A DNA stretch of 64,000 bases, taken from contig NGBS01000583.1 of NCBI GenBank assembly GCA_002245135.1, positions 248,001 through 312,000 of the forward strand. The letters are read 5' to 3'. This document shows positions 50,982 to 64,000 of this stretch, piece after piece. The notes beneath the pieces are model-generated. The model saw only the letters and a program-made list of their open reading frames with translations. It ran no database searches and had not been told where the DNA came from. Made by a program: the position numbers and the translations under genes. Position 1 is the first letter of the stretch. Each line of letters starts with the position of its first letter. The stretch is from Proteromonas lacertae (taxonomy: Eukaryota).

Positions 50982-53900
50982 ATGAATCGATATGAAACGC
51001 AACATCATTGGTGTGGTATGGAACAATATATAATACATGCATATTCTAAAGTATCACAGTGACCTATTTTATTATAATATTAGGAAGAAGAAGATGATGA
51101 ACTCACAAATGCACTTAAAACAAACTCCGATTCAATTTTTTCTTGCAATTCTTGCCGAGAAAGTTTTATTAGAGCATATTCACAATTATCGATGATAGTA
51201 TGTTTCATATCTTCTTACGATGTAGCCAAAATTCCAATCATTGACGAATGAAGTTATATTGTCAATAACGAGTAATGTGCTTGACTCGCCGAATGTAAAC
51301 TCAGACATATTGACAAATTTTTTTAAAGCCTTGTGTAGTTTACCATTCTCTGTATTAATTATAATTAATACAGAATAAATAGGCTCTTTTGAATAATGAA
51401 GAAATAAAAGAAAAACTTACCAATAAAATCTTTACTTTGATAAGCCAAAAAACGATATTACAGTTTGATGATAAATCTGTACAACTTCTTTTAGCTTGTC
51501 CTATCCATCTTTTACGTTTTTATATTAGTCTGTCAACTGAAATTGATCCAATTTATCTTTTATCTGATTCTTTTTCATATCAGTGGTTATCTTTGATAGA
51601 AAGTAGAAATCCTGAAGCTAGTGAAATGGTATGGTGTTTGTTGCTAACATTAATAAATCATGAAGGATTTAGAGTAACAGATTCAATATATGAAAAGTTT
51701 CATACATTCTTTGATAGACAAATAAAAATCAGTACAGATCTATATCCCAATGGATTTTTAACATTTATTCTTCGTTTAAAGATGAATTATTATGATTTAT
51801 ACCACAAAATATTTGAAAATGAAGAACTCTCTACTTCATTAGTGATTGGTTGTTTATCAATGTGTTTTGTTAATAATATATTAATTCCAACAATGTTAAT
51901 TATAGAACAATTGTTAGAAAGTGATTTAGTGAAATATTCATTTATATTTGATCTTTTAAGCAAGTCATTTATTAGTTATAAACAAGGAGTATTGAATGTT
52001 ACATTTATATTGTATGCAAGAGAAACATTATTAGAAATATCGAAATTATTAAGAAAGGATCATTCATCAGCTCCATCAGAATTAAATACCAAATTACATG
52101 TTGAATTTAGAAATTATGTCAATATTCATAACTTTCCTTTTAACCCAGATTATGTGGAAGAGATATGGGATAAAATTAAACAAATTTATAACCATTATTT
52201 AGCATTACATACAAAAAACTATGATAATACTGATTTTTGGCTTGAATTGTCAAACTATATGTCAAATATTGAGTTATATCCTTTAAGCAATTTGTATTAT
52301 GATACTATTATTAATTGGATTTTAGAACCAATATGTTTTAAAGAATTATTATTTGATAGTTCATCTAAAGTCACTAAGTCATCTTATATTAATCTCTTTG
52401 ATGGAGTAATAATCAGTTTATTTAGTCAAAAGAAATGTACTAAATCATTATTATATACAATATTATTATTTCATTCATTATTCTATACTGAATCACACTC
52501 TATTCATGTATGGCTACCTGAGATTAATCCATATCCTTCAGAATGGATTATTGAACAAATTACTTGTGTCTTATTGAGTTCAATTCAATATGATACTTCT
52601 TATTCATATAATACATCAAAATCAGTAATTGAATTCTCAGTGAAGTTAGGAAATGTGTTAGTTAAATCAGATGAATGTTCTACTTATGTTACTACTTGGA
52701 TATTAGCTGTAAGAGATTGTTTAATCTTATATTCTGTTCAACATAAGAATGATATTTTACAACCATGTTTATTATCATTTCAAGCTTGGAAAAGATTTAC
52801 TTCAATGGAAGATTTAAAGGTATTATATGATAGTTTACAGGAATATATAAAAGTCTATCAAATGTCATTTTCTGTCTCTGAATTAAACGAATTACAAACA
52901 TTTATAACATCCATAAAACCACCAGATAGTATATTCAAAAGAGTAAAGCCATTTACACATGCAAAAATTGATACAAAGTTAATGACATTTAATCCGTTTT
53001 ATTCATATTATGATTCCGTTATTACATTTGAAGGTTTAGATGAAGAACATGAGCATTTAGATATATCTAATTGTTCTCCAAGAATACAAAATATCAAATT
53101 ATCCATGATATTCTCCTGTAAAGAGTGTTTTGATATATATGTTAATTCTCCTGATATATTTAAACAAAATACTCTACCAGCATTATCTTATTCCTTTACT
53201 GCTGCATTAGGATCAAAGAATTGTGAAGTTATTTCATTATGTTTGGATAATTTATATACATTTTCTTTAGAAGTATATATATTATTTATTTTAATTATTT
53301 TATAGTTTCTATTACATCCTCATATTCATGCTATGATTGATGTAGGAGTTCAAACATTAATCGAAAGTAATTATATATACAGACCACACAATCCACTCTC
53401 ATATTTACATAATTTCATATATTATCAAACCTTAAGAACTTATACTAGATTAACTACATCTATTACAGCAGTTGAATTAAGTGATACTTCTTATCTTGTT
53501 AATTCTTTGAAAAGAATTCATCCTTATAATGAGTTATTCCCATTTAATGTTATTGTGAATACACTAACAAGTTATATATCATCTAATAGAACAGTAATGA
53601 AAGATTCATTTGCTAGATTTGTTATTGAATTTGTTACTGTTGTGTTTGAAGGTAAACCAGATAACTCTATGTTTCAATCAGTATATATTATATTATATAC
53701 ATATTACTTTATATTTATTCGTATAGATTGGGTTTTTTTACAGTTTAGGTACAAAATCAAATTGGTATAATACACCATCATTGATAAGTGATTCATTTAA
53801 TGATTTACTAATCCGATCTGCCATGTCATTTCTAACTCATCCATTATTATCAGCTGAATCTAGTTCTATTCATATAGCTACTACTATATCGTATATTAGT

Positions 53901-55091
53901 CTATTGTGCAATAAAATAACAATACATCAAATATTGGATAATATTTTACAGAATGAAGTATTACCATCTCAAGTGATTTATATTTATTTATTATCATTCC
54001 TTACATTAACAGTATTAAGAATAGTTTTGCTAAAGTATATATTTATGTATATTCTTTGTATAGAAATGCGAATGATATAGTATTAACAGAATCAGATGAA
54101 TTGATTGATGAAGTGTTACAGTACAATTTATGTAATTTACATCCAAGAAATGACATTTTAAAAACCGTTCAATGGTTCATTAGAAAGTTATGGAATAATC
54201 TCGTTGAATTTCACAATTTGTTCTTTAATATTAAACAAGAAGAAGGTTCATTCAGTGCATTTTACACTTCTGTTGCAATTGTTACATCCCATTTAATAGT
54301 TTTATCATTTCCTTATATAAGTAAAGATGTTATTAGTGTTTTGTGTGGTGTTGATACAATCAATTTAGTTGTTAATGGTATATATATATATATATATAAT
54401 ATTATCTAATTATATTTAAAATAATAGATATTTTAGATGTTGATGTAGAAGAAAGCAAACAAGCTTCGCTCTTCTTTTATAGTTGTGCTAAAGATATAAT
54501 ATATGAAAGACCATATGATAATTACTTTGATTTCTTAGTTGGAGGTTTATTCTTTCACTGTATCACAAGTAATGATGAAAATAATGCAATGTGGAAAATT
54601 GTATTTGAAGGACCATATCCATTAACAGTTATATTAAATGCAGTTTCAACTACTTTAGATTATATTCCTTATGTTCACAAATCTACTGATTATGGATTAT
54701 CATTATTAAAGTTTGTAATTAGAGTGATGGAGAAAATAGATAAATCACAATGTAATGTGAATGAATCATCAGATTTTAGTGGATGGATCCATTATCTTAC
54801 TGAATCAATTCAATATCCAAATATTACATGTGTTGAACAATGGATTAAGTGTTTTGTTCGATTATTTGTAGTATGTTTTTTTTATAGTTTATTTTCTAAT
54901 AGATATGGGTAAATTTTTATACCCCTGATCAAATTATATCGTTTATAGATATGTACAATATTTATTATAATATTTACACTGAGAGATATCAGTATCAATT
55001 ACCTTCTCTTACAGTTTCGCAATTTCTGCCAAATGTAAAGAGAAAATTGGATAGTTTATCGAAACAACCGAAAGGATATCTTCCTATATAG
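50982..55091 (+). CDS. Large hypothetical alpha-helical protein
   Basis: Consecutive + strand ORFs separated by about 9 small GT-AG introns; no recognisable motif. Confidence 0.6.
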
Positions 55092-55153
55092 TAATTATCA
55101 TTATATATAATATAATATAACACTCTCACCCAATAAAAACAAATGTTGTATAA

Positions 55154-55856
55154 TTAATTATCGTTTTTGTTGTATGTATGATTAAATATTATTTTTACAT
55201 CTGAATATGTACAATTATTTAATAATAGAGGATGTTTTGGAAGAAATGGAGTAATTACAACTTCCATTTCATTAGTTTTCTTTTTATAACTAATATTGTA
55301 TAGAATTACATTGAAAATAAACATCAATTCAACGAATATCACTATCTCTTTTGGTTCGATCAATTTCTTCTTCTCATTTTTGTCATTTTCTGTAACTGTG
55401 ATTGTTTTCTCCTCCTCTTCAATCAAACCACATTGATCACTCTTCATTACATCATAGTATATTATTTTATTGGCATAATTACATCTATTTGAGAAATTAA
55501 ATTCTATTCTTTCTAAATATTTGGAAGTAGCTAGAAATTATGTTGATAATTTAACGTACTTTCTTTGAATTTGTAACATTCAGCATCACATTTAAACGAC
55601 ATACACAAATATAGTGTAAAATCCCTCAAAATGTTTCTATATTTAAACTCACCTTTTTCATTAAGCTTAATATAGTCAATTGAATTTGCATATTGAGCAA
55701 ACGCTTCAACATTTGTCTTAATCTTTTGATATTCATCAACATATCTAAAAATACACTCATAATAGTAAATATCTACCCATAAATCGTTATGCTTTTATCA
55801 CTCCTAACCCCAGATACAAAAAGAAAGAGAAGAAAAACAAAAGTGATCATTTTCAT
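55154..55856 (-). CDS. Small hypothetical secreted/membrane protein
   Basis: Signal-like MKMITFVFLLFLFVSGVRS, three small introns, hydrophobic segment IVIFVELMFIFNVILY. Confidence 0.5.
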
Positions 55857-55904
55857 TATGAACAAGCTTTTGCTTGAATTACATTTTTTAATTTCAATTT
55901 TTCA

Positions 55905-56279
55905 ATGTTTAAAGCAGGTTTAGAATTATTAGATATAAATATATCTGCATTTACTGTATTTATTAAGATATTTATAGTAATAGGGATGTGTTAGATCAAA
56001 GATTGGGTATGGAGCAACAAAAAGAATAGTTTATACTAGTAAAAAGGGAAATAAAAACTTCTATAAAGGAAAGGGAGCAAATAAAGGAGGATTACATACA
56101 TGCACAGGTATATAATTAACAAAGTTTATGGTTTTAGGTAAATATCAATTTTCTACTACTCAAGGTGATGAAAGATTCACTATTATTGCACCTGATCTTA
56201 CGGGATTCAAAGTATGTTATTTTCATCTACAATTACTTAGCTTAAACCATATGTAGCACCAACAACACCAAAAGTGTAA
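55905..56279 (+). CDS. MRPL41: Mitochondrial ribosomal protein mL41 (MRP-L27 family; absent from ORF track)
   Basis: Spliced TSKKGNKNFYKGKGANKGGLHT..GKY..IIAPDLTGFK-LKPYVA; three small introns. Confidence 0.85.
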
Positions 56280-56352
56280 TAAAACAGGCGTTATATATAA
56301 ATTAATAACTGTTAATTTTTATAATCGTTATGTATATAAATATACTGAGAAT

Positions 56353-59300
56353 TTAACCAATATCTTTTGGTTCTTCTATTAATTCATAATCCAAAGCAGG
56401 AGCACAATTAGGTTTTGTCTTCCTTAACTCTTCAATACCTGTATAATACTCAGACAGCATTGAACAATAACCAGCAATTGACTGATAAGCATAAGGGTAA
56501 TACTTCCTGCTAAAATACTCATAATTCTTTGTCTTCAATGTTTTAATTATATTTATAATATAATGTTCACATACATTGGTAATATAAGTTGCTGATTGAA
56601 TATATTGAGAAGAAGGTTTTGAAGAAGTTGACATTAACTTATAATAATCATCACTAATAGCATCGACTATTTCTCTACCAATTGCTTCTTCTTTAGTAGC
56701 ATCATAATACAATTTATTTCTATTTTCATATTGTGCAAAAACAGTTTCTGATCTTTTCATTAAATAACTATCAGTTACACACGGTAATTGTGACCTACAT
56801 CCTGTTACTGTACGAAATACAATAATCATATGAGTACATTGTCTAACTTCATCATCCCAATGACAGAATAAGTGTAGAAATACTTGTTTATTTAACACTG
56901 TTTTCACCAATAATTTCTCCCAGAATTTGAAAGGGAATGTAAATGCTAATTTGTAGAATAATGTTAAAACTTTCATTGTGATTTGATATTGAGGTTGTGT
57001 TAGTAATAATCGGCAATATTCTCCAAACATATCAATATCAAAGTACTTATTAATATCATATTCAGAATTATCTATATAAACAACATAATTAATATATATA
57101 TATATATATATATATACTTTCAGTTTTTACACCTTCATCTGTATAATATACACCTATATATTCTCTCAATACCAAATTAATCCATTCTTCTATCCAATCA
57201 AATATCAAATTCACATTTTTGGCATCATTTGAATTCATTGTTTCCATTATTAATTTTATACAAATGTTAAACATATTCTTATTATACAATACTGCTTTAA
57301 TACATGATAATACAGAACCACGTGCTCTATTAGTATCAGGTAGGACTAAATGCCTTTTTGGACCTCTTTTTCTTTCCTGTCTTTCTAAATTCATTAATCT
57401 AACTTGTCTTGCTAATGCGATAATTAATATAGGAAATGGTATTAAAACATCATTATAACCACTAATTATTGACCAATTACAATCACCTCTTGTTATGTTA
57501 TAAATGTGATTATGATAAGATAATAAGAAATGACTGTAAAACTCACCATCTGTATTTAATAAGTGTAAATATGGTAAAGGTTTGTTTAATAATACTTGGT
57601 AAGGCTGCATGAATAAATCCCACTTATATAAGGAAGGATGTTCCAATATGTATTTATTGTTACTGTCATCATCTAATTCTTCTAATGACATTGCTGATTT
57701 AGATAATCGAGAATTCCTTCTTTCTCTTAAAATTTCTTCTAATTTTACTTCTTTTACTTCTCTACTTCCTTTCAACTTTTGACTTAATTCTGTTTGGATT
57801 TCTGGTTCTACACTGACTTTACCAAATTTGAATATATTACCAATCATTGTTACTGATTTATCAGATGGAGTTAATGGAGTCATTGGTGCAATGTTAATAT
57901 TTTCATCATTCTCATTCATTGTATTATAATTAATTCTTAAGTGTTTGGATACTTCATCATTAGGTATTGAAGTAACAGTTACTTTAGGAGTTTCTCTTCT
58001 TCTACCTGTATTTAACGATTTATATTCAATAGAACGAGGAGTGTCACTTCGATCAACACCAGCGAATGATATTGGAGGAACAATAGCATCAGAAACATTC
58101 GATTTACAATCTTCTTTACCATTATAATTATTAATACCCATTGATGATGTAGGAGTTCTAAGTTTTGGTGGTTCTAATATATTAGGAGGAGGAATTTGTA
58201 ATGGTCTTTCAGATTCATCAATAGGATCAGTTAAATCATCTTCCACTATACTATGTCTCTTTGTGGGTGTCATACACTTTGCATTCGCTTGAATCTGTGA
58301 TATTTTACCTGAATAGGGAACTATTGATGTTTTCTTTTTGTTCTTCGAAGATGATGTATCACTATCTGAATTTTCTGTCATTTCTGTATCACTTATTTCT
58401 GGAACACTTTTTAAATCACTTAAAACATGAGCGGATAATGCATTTGCACTGATTGTTGATTGGAGTTTTAATATTGATTTATTATTGCTATTAGCATTTG
58501 GATCACTTTGAAAATTATTATAATTATTATTGTTGCTATTGCTATGACCATATTTTCCATATTTATTGTTTGTATTTGGAAATCCATTTCCACCAACTAT
58601 CGAATATCTAGAAGAAGCAATACCATTATCATCCAACGTAATTGATAATGTATTTTGAATTGGACGGTTTGTAAATACATGAGTCATTTCTGGTGCAATT
58701 TGTAGTTCTTTTAATAATAACTTATGAGGTGCATCTGTTGTTTCAATACTATCTTGTAATGATTGTAATATAACATTTTGAAGGAATGGAAATCGGAAAA
58801 ATGATATTGCTAATACGGTTGTACAGAACTGATATTTTGATTGAGTATCAAACTGTAAGGCTCTTTCACCTTCTAATAAATTGCATACATACATATAGGA
58901 ACTTTGTAATAGATTTAAATATCGACTTATTATTTTGGAATCTTCTTCGCTTAGGTGAGGATTAGCTGTGTGAGCATATCCAAATTGTTCTAATGCAAAT
59001 TCATGGCGTTCCATTATATCAACCATCATCTCACAAATTGTATCACTTGTTGCTGGTAATAAACCCTATTAATTGCATTATTATTATATTAATTTTATAC
59101 TGGTAAATTAAGTAGTTGGAGTAATTGACTCCACAAGTCTAGTAAAGAATTTCGAGCTATCGTTAGTTGAGAAGGATTTTTGTAACTATTCACATTTTTA
59201 TTAAATAAGAATTATACATATAAAGACGACAATGAATACTTTCACGAATCTCAGGCATTAGTTCAATCTTGCTTTGAGCAGGTGTTGTATTTGAACAGAT

Positions 59301-59428
59301 TTTTTGAATCTGTTTTATTACTCTCATTTGAAATAAATTCTATCATAAACATAACTAATCTATACTGGATCAGTAGGACGCTTGAATGCATTTACAATTC
59401 TGACTAATAATCGCCACATGCGACCCAT
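56353..59428 (-). CDS. DUF1765-like conserved protein with Ser/Pro-rich middle region
   Basis: FCTTVLAISFFRFP and FLHLFCHWDDEVRQCTHMIIVFR motifs; about 4 small introns. Confidence 0.55.
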
Positions 59429-59699
59429 TCTAATGTTATGATTCAAATTTGTTGGCTTTGTAGAGTTTAAATTAATAAAACGAGAATAAGAAACGAGCAA
59501 ATTTTTGAGATGATTTATCCAATCAAAACACATTATAATCTAAATGTAAATGATGATTATTAAGAGTATACAATTACGAAACTCATTATGTATTATACAT
59601 AATTATGATTTCTTGTTACTTTTATTATTATTATACTTTTGAAATGCTTTTTTGATATTTCTTTTTTCTTTTTTTAAAGTATTCCTTATATATTAATCA

Positions 59700-60557
59700 A
59701 CTCATAAGAGGAGAATATTTCTAAAAATGATTTTTATCTCTAATTTATCTACAATTTCTTTCACTTTTCTTTTCTTTTATCTAATTTATTTTTTGATATA
59801 TTTAACTTTTAATAGATTTAAATATTTTAACGGGTTGTTATAATCTGTAACTCTTTATATCAAAGCTTTTTATCCTCTTTCTTTCATTCCAATATCTATT
59901 CAAATATGAAAATTATATTAAAATAATAGAATACTAAATAGTTTATATGAATAATCTTCGACAAATTTGTTTATATATTTACATATTATCTCAATTTCTT
60001 CATCTCCAATTGGATTATTAACAACCAATTGACCAAATCACACTTTTATCATTATATTCAGGGCTTTTAAGGCAGATTTAATATACTCTCAAATCTTCAT
60101 CTTTTCTAAATAAATCCAAAAATGAATCACATATCTTTCTATAATCATATTCATCTACTAAGACATTCGAACTCTTTAAATTACCTACAGCTAAACCATA
60201 TTCACTCAATTTATCAAAATATTACATAATGAACATACCATCCTACAGATATCAAATCTTAAAATGTGTTTAAAATGAACTTATATGAATTTTCTGTATT
60301 TGAAATGAATATAGGTATTTATTACAATAATCGCACAATTTTGAGTTATTGTCACAGAACTTTTGATTTTATTTTATCAACATTCAATACTTTAATCACC
60401 TTTACATCATCTTGAAGTTGTACAATCAAATCTACTTCATTACTACTCTTTTCTACTCTTTCTTTTGTCTATAAAATTAACTATATAACAATACTTCCAA
60501 ATTTGCGGTATTATGTTTTAATATCTCTTCTATCTCATCAAATAATTGAGAAGACAT
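59700..60557 (-). pseudogene. Degenerate protein-kinase-like gene (pseudokinase or pseudogene)
   Basis: ATG at 60557 with a small intron; remnants GLAVGNLKSSNVLVD..RKICD and SPEYNDKSVIWSIGC followed directly by TAA TAA; several frame breaks; 3' boundary approximate. Confidence 0.5.
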
Positions 60558-60709
60558 TATTTATGTGTATTAGAATGTATTAAACTGTATTTTTTTATTT
60601 TGTTTATTCCTTCTCAGTTTATTGGTTATTCTGTAAGTTTATCAAAAACATATTTAAGAAGCAAAAACATAGCAAAATAATGTTTCATAATTTCTTAATG
60701 TTTTTATTA

Positions 60710-62219
60710 TTAAATATAAGCAGAATAGAAACAAATGCTTCTCATTTCAGCTTCTTTTAATTCATTTGTATGCGTGGTACATTTCTTAATTATTCCATCC
60801 ATCAATCTATGTCCTTTGCTATACATTGAAGCATTTTGCATATTGGTAGAAACACCAAAACTTTTTAATCCAATCAATAGCTTTGTATTATTTATACTCA
60901 ATAATTGATTCATATTACACTCAAAAGCTGATACTAATTCAGTAATTATATCATCACCCCATAACTTATAATTAGTTCGAAATCTCCATAAATTCACTTG
61001 CCATCGAGTTTGAAAAAATGAACTTCCATATACTTGTATACCATATTTAAATGTATATTCTTTATCCTTATACTTTGCTTTTAGAAATTTATTTGTTCTT
61101 AATCCATGAGATCCAAGAATTGCATTATATTTATTGCTAATATGTTTCATTGCGTTGGTCATTTTACTATCAAATGTCTCATCATCATCACACCACATTG
61201 TATATTTATTATAATACAATAAAGGTAATAATCTTGATAAAAAGAAAACTGAATTCCAGTTAGTACACCAGAAATAATGAAGTTCTCTTTTATTATTCAG
61301 TGATTTCATCTCTTCATATGGATTAATATACATTTTGTTTTGAATAATTGATACAACTTTCAATGATTTATCAAATAAATCAATTTGATGTAAATATGGT
61401 TTTGAATTAGATCTTTTAAAGAATCTAATAATTAATGTCATATCTTCATTCTTATAGTTTGATAAACATCTTGTTTCTTTCAATTTCTTTTCATGCTTCT
61501 TAAATTCTTTTGATATTCTTTCTGTTGAATATAATTGCAACTTTTGCAGATGTTTTTCAACAAATTCTAAACCTAAATATAACCAAAAATATCTTAATTG
61601 ATGAATTGAATATTCCTTAAGTTTTATCACTTTATTATCCAATAATACTATTTTCTGTGTTTTGATGTATTTGTTTATGCTTCTCTCCAATTGTTTTACT
61701 TCAAATTCTTTGATTTCTACAACTAATATTTCATCTTTATCATAATCTGTGTTTAAAGGTAACAAAATTGAAAAAAGTTCTGGCTTTGGATACAAAATCC
61801 TTATTAGCCTAATATTTTTGTAATTTGAGTCGTGTACTATTGACTCTGTAATTGGAATCACCAAATATATATTCTCACATAATTTGAAAATTGAATTTGA
61901 CTTACTATCTGATATACTTCATTAATTGATCTAACATTTCAACTTTAAATGTTTTAGATGTGTATAAAATACATTCTTTATACAAACTACTTATGTTAGT
62001 TAAATTCTTGGAATTTTCCTCTACAGTGTAATCTGCATCTTCGATCATTGTAATATTTCTATCGTTCGGATCATCAGACAGTATATTTTTACTGTTCTGG
62101 TCTCTCGTTTCGGTTTTGATAGAGTGAATTATATCTCGTAGAGGCTTTTTACTTTTGTAATACAACATAAAACTTAAGAATAGAAGAATGCAGACAATAA
62201 GCGGCTTTGAAAGCTTCAT
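60710..62219 (-). CDS. Type II membrane protein, putative GT-A glycosyltransferase
   Basis: N-terminal signal anchor and stem; FFLSRL..YTMWCDDDE (DxD) and WGDDI; the two ORFs need a frame correction near 61870-61920. Confidence 0.5.
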
Positions 62220-62331
62220 TGATGATGAAATAAAAGTTTAATAATAAAACAAGCCTGGCTTGAGAGTAAGTTTTATTTTTATCAACGTATTATAAGTAAG
62301 AGTTAGATTATTAAGTAATTTCTTTAAAAAA

Positions 62332-64000
62332 TCAATTTAAATAATCAAAATCGTCCTCAAAATCGTCTTTTTTCTCTGGTTCTTGCTTTTTATTACTATC
62401 AATTGGATCTTTACTTGAATTCAATGGCTTATTATCTCCATCTTCCATCTCTCCTCTTTTTGATTCACTTAGAATTGATCTACTAGAATTCAAGTTATCA
62501 GATTCTTTTGGTTCTGTTTTTGACACCCTTCTCTTTTGTATTGTAATTTTTTTCTTTGATCTTTTTTCGAATTTTTTCTAAATTACAATATATATCATTC
62601 ATATACATACTCTTGCTAATTCTTTCTTTTTCTCCTCCTTCTTTCCCCTTTCTTGCTCAATTCTTATCTGTAAATCAATTCTTCTCTGTAATTCTTGATG
62701 TCTCAACTATTTTCATTATAAACAATACAATAAATAGATAAATACTTCTGGTGGAATGTATTTCAAATCAATCTTTTTATTCACATCTTCTTCCACATAA
62801 TCATCACCATTATTAATATTACTACTATTATCTCCACCACCATTATTCTTTCCATTGTTCTTTGTTTCTTCTAAATCATCTCCACCATCATTATTATCAT
62901 TATCTCCAAAATCATCTTTTGTTTCATTCATTGATTTTCTACTCTTTATTGTATCATTATTATTTGTATCTGGTTCTTTCTTTCCTGTTGCCATTGCTTT
63001 TATATTCTGTTTTCTTCTCTTCACTTCAGTTTTTAATAGGCTTTCTTGGATATAATGTTCTGGATTTGTTAGATTATGATAATATTCTTTTCTCTCTAAA
63101 AATAATTTGTGGGATTTTTCTTTCTTTTTTAATTCTTCTTCCATTTCTTTCTTTTTTATTTTATCATTCTCTTCAATCATTTTCTATATATTTATATTAT
63201 CATTATTATATATAATATTACTTGTGTTTGTGAAGATAATAATTTAATTGATTTTGTTGCTTTAGGAAGTACTGTAGCACTTGAAGTAACAATTTTCTCG
63301 AATTTCTTTGTTTGTTGTTCTTCTCTTCTTCTTTCTTCTTCGATTAATGCTCTTTCGTATTTCATCTGTCTTTCTATATTTTTAGCCTTCAATGTCTTTA
63401 AAAATACATATCTCTCTGAAGATGGATTATCAAAAGAAAATGGATTGATTTTTGTTGTTTTAACTTGAACTTTGTCATTTATAGTTGTCTTGTTATTCTT
63501 TGTTTTTCCAAATAAATCATCATCATTTTTATAAATAGACTAGTTTAATATTATTATCAATAATATATATATATACTTCATCAATTTTTTTCTTCATTTC
63601 TGCAAATTCTTGACGAGATGGAGCATGAGCTTCCTCCAATAATATTTGAGCACTATTCAACATTATATATTATATACTGTGCATTGGCTTTTATCTTTCT
63701 TTGCAACCTTTCAGTTTGTTGAGTTTTTAATACTTCACCATTTGCTATTTTAGTGAGTGGATCAACTGTGTTAGCTTTAAATCTTGATTTCTTTTCTTCT
63801 AATTCTTTTTCTTCTTCTTCTTTTTGTAATTTTACTGTTCTCTTTACTCTACTTTCAAATAATCTCTCTTCCATTCCTTTGAATGGTTTAATCATCTTCT
63901 TAATCTTTTCTTTTGATTTTTCTTTTCTTGTTCTTCTTTTAAACTCTTCTATTTCCATCATTTCATTGAATAAAGGTTCTTTTACTTCTGGTGGTACTAA
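62332..64000 (-). CDS. FAM161 (UPF0564)-like coiled-coil protein, 5' end outside window
   Basis: VPPEVKEPLFNEMM..RR..KEKSKE..KPF..FKAN and TTKINPFSF resemble FAM161 conserved blocks; about 5 small introns. Confidence 0.6.

Noticed and set aside
19512..57115. (TA)n runs near 19512, 27399, 54379 and 57093 as mobile-element traces or arrays
   Set aside because: They are simple microsatellite expansions inside introns, mostly extending the GTATAT donor; no terminal repeats or spacers.
1..64000. Stop codons created by polyadenylation (Blastocystis-type, with downstream TGTTTGTT)
   Set aside because: Genes I could trace end in encoded stops. Only the SNM1-like 3' end (8341-8420) runs into intergenic-like sequence, and its TGTTTGTA is not placed to complete an in-frame UAA.
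1..64000. Alternative genetic code (stop reassignment)
   Set aside because: ORF interruptions are explained by short introns or indels; TAA, TAG and TGA all end genes and long exons contain none.

Overview
Very AT-rich, gene-dense eukaryotic nuclear DNA with about 35 protein-coding genes. They are split by many tiny spliceosomal introns (mostly GTAT..YAG, about 23-50 nt), and intergenic gaps are often under 100 bp. Intron size, a mitochondrial ribosomal protein and mastigoneme-type EGF proteins point to a Blastocystis-like or related stramenopile (inference). Manual splicing recovers several genes and domains the ORF track misses: an RWP-RK/F-box/BRCT protein, a PB1-like/S11 D-Ala-D-Ala carboxypeptidase, an RNF5-like E3, TMEM208, mL41 and SDE2. 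Highlights: (1) a 497-bp near-identical inverted repeat flanks a ~13 kb block, and inversion would swap the C-terminal tail of an atypical MAPK-like kinase; (2) three minor-spliceosome (U12-type) introns start ATATCTTT; (3) a penicillin-binding-protein-type enzyme has intact catalytic motifs and introns; (4) a GGCTTGA motif recurs just upstream of start codons; (5) flagellar/centriolar-type genes are present. Many genes carry +1 single-base insertions, most likely assembly errors. No rRNA, tRNA, CRISPR array or transposase was recognised.
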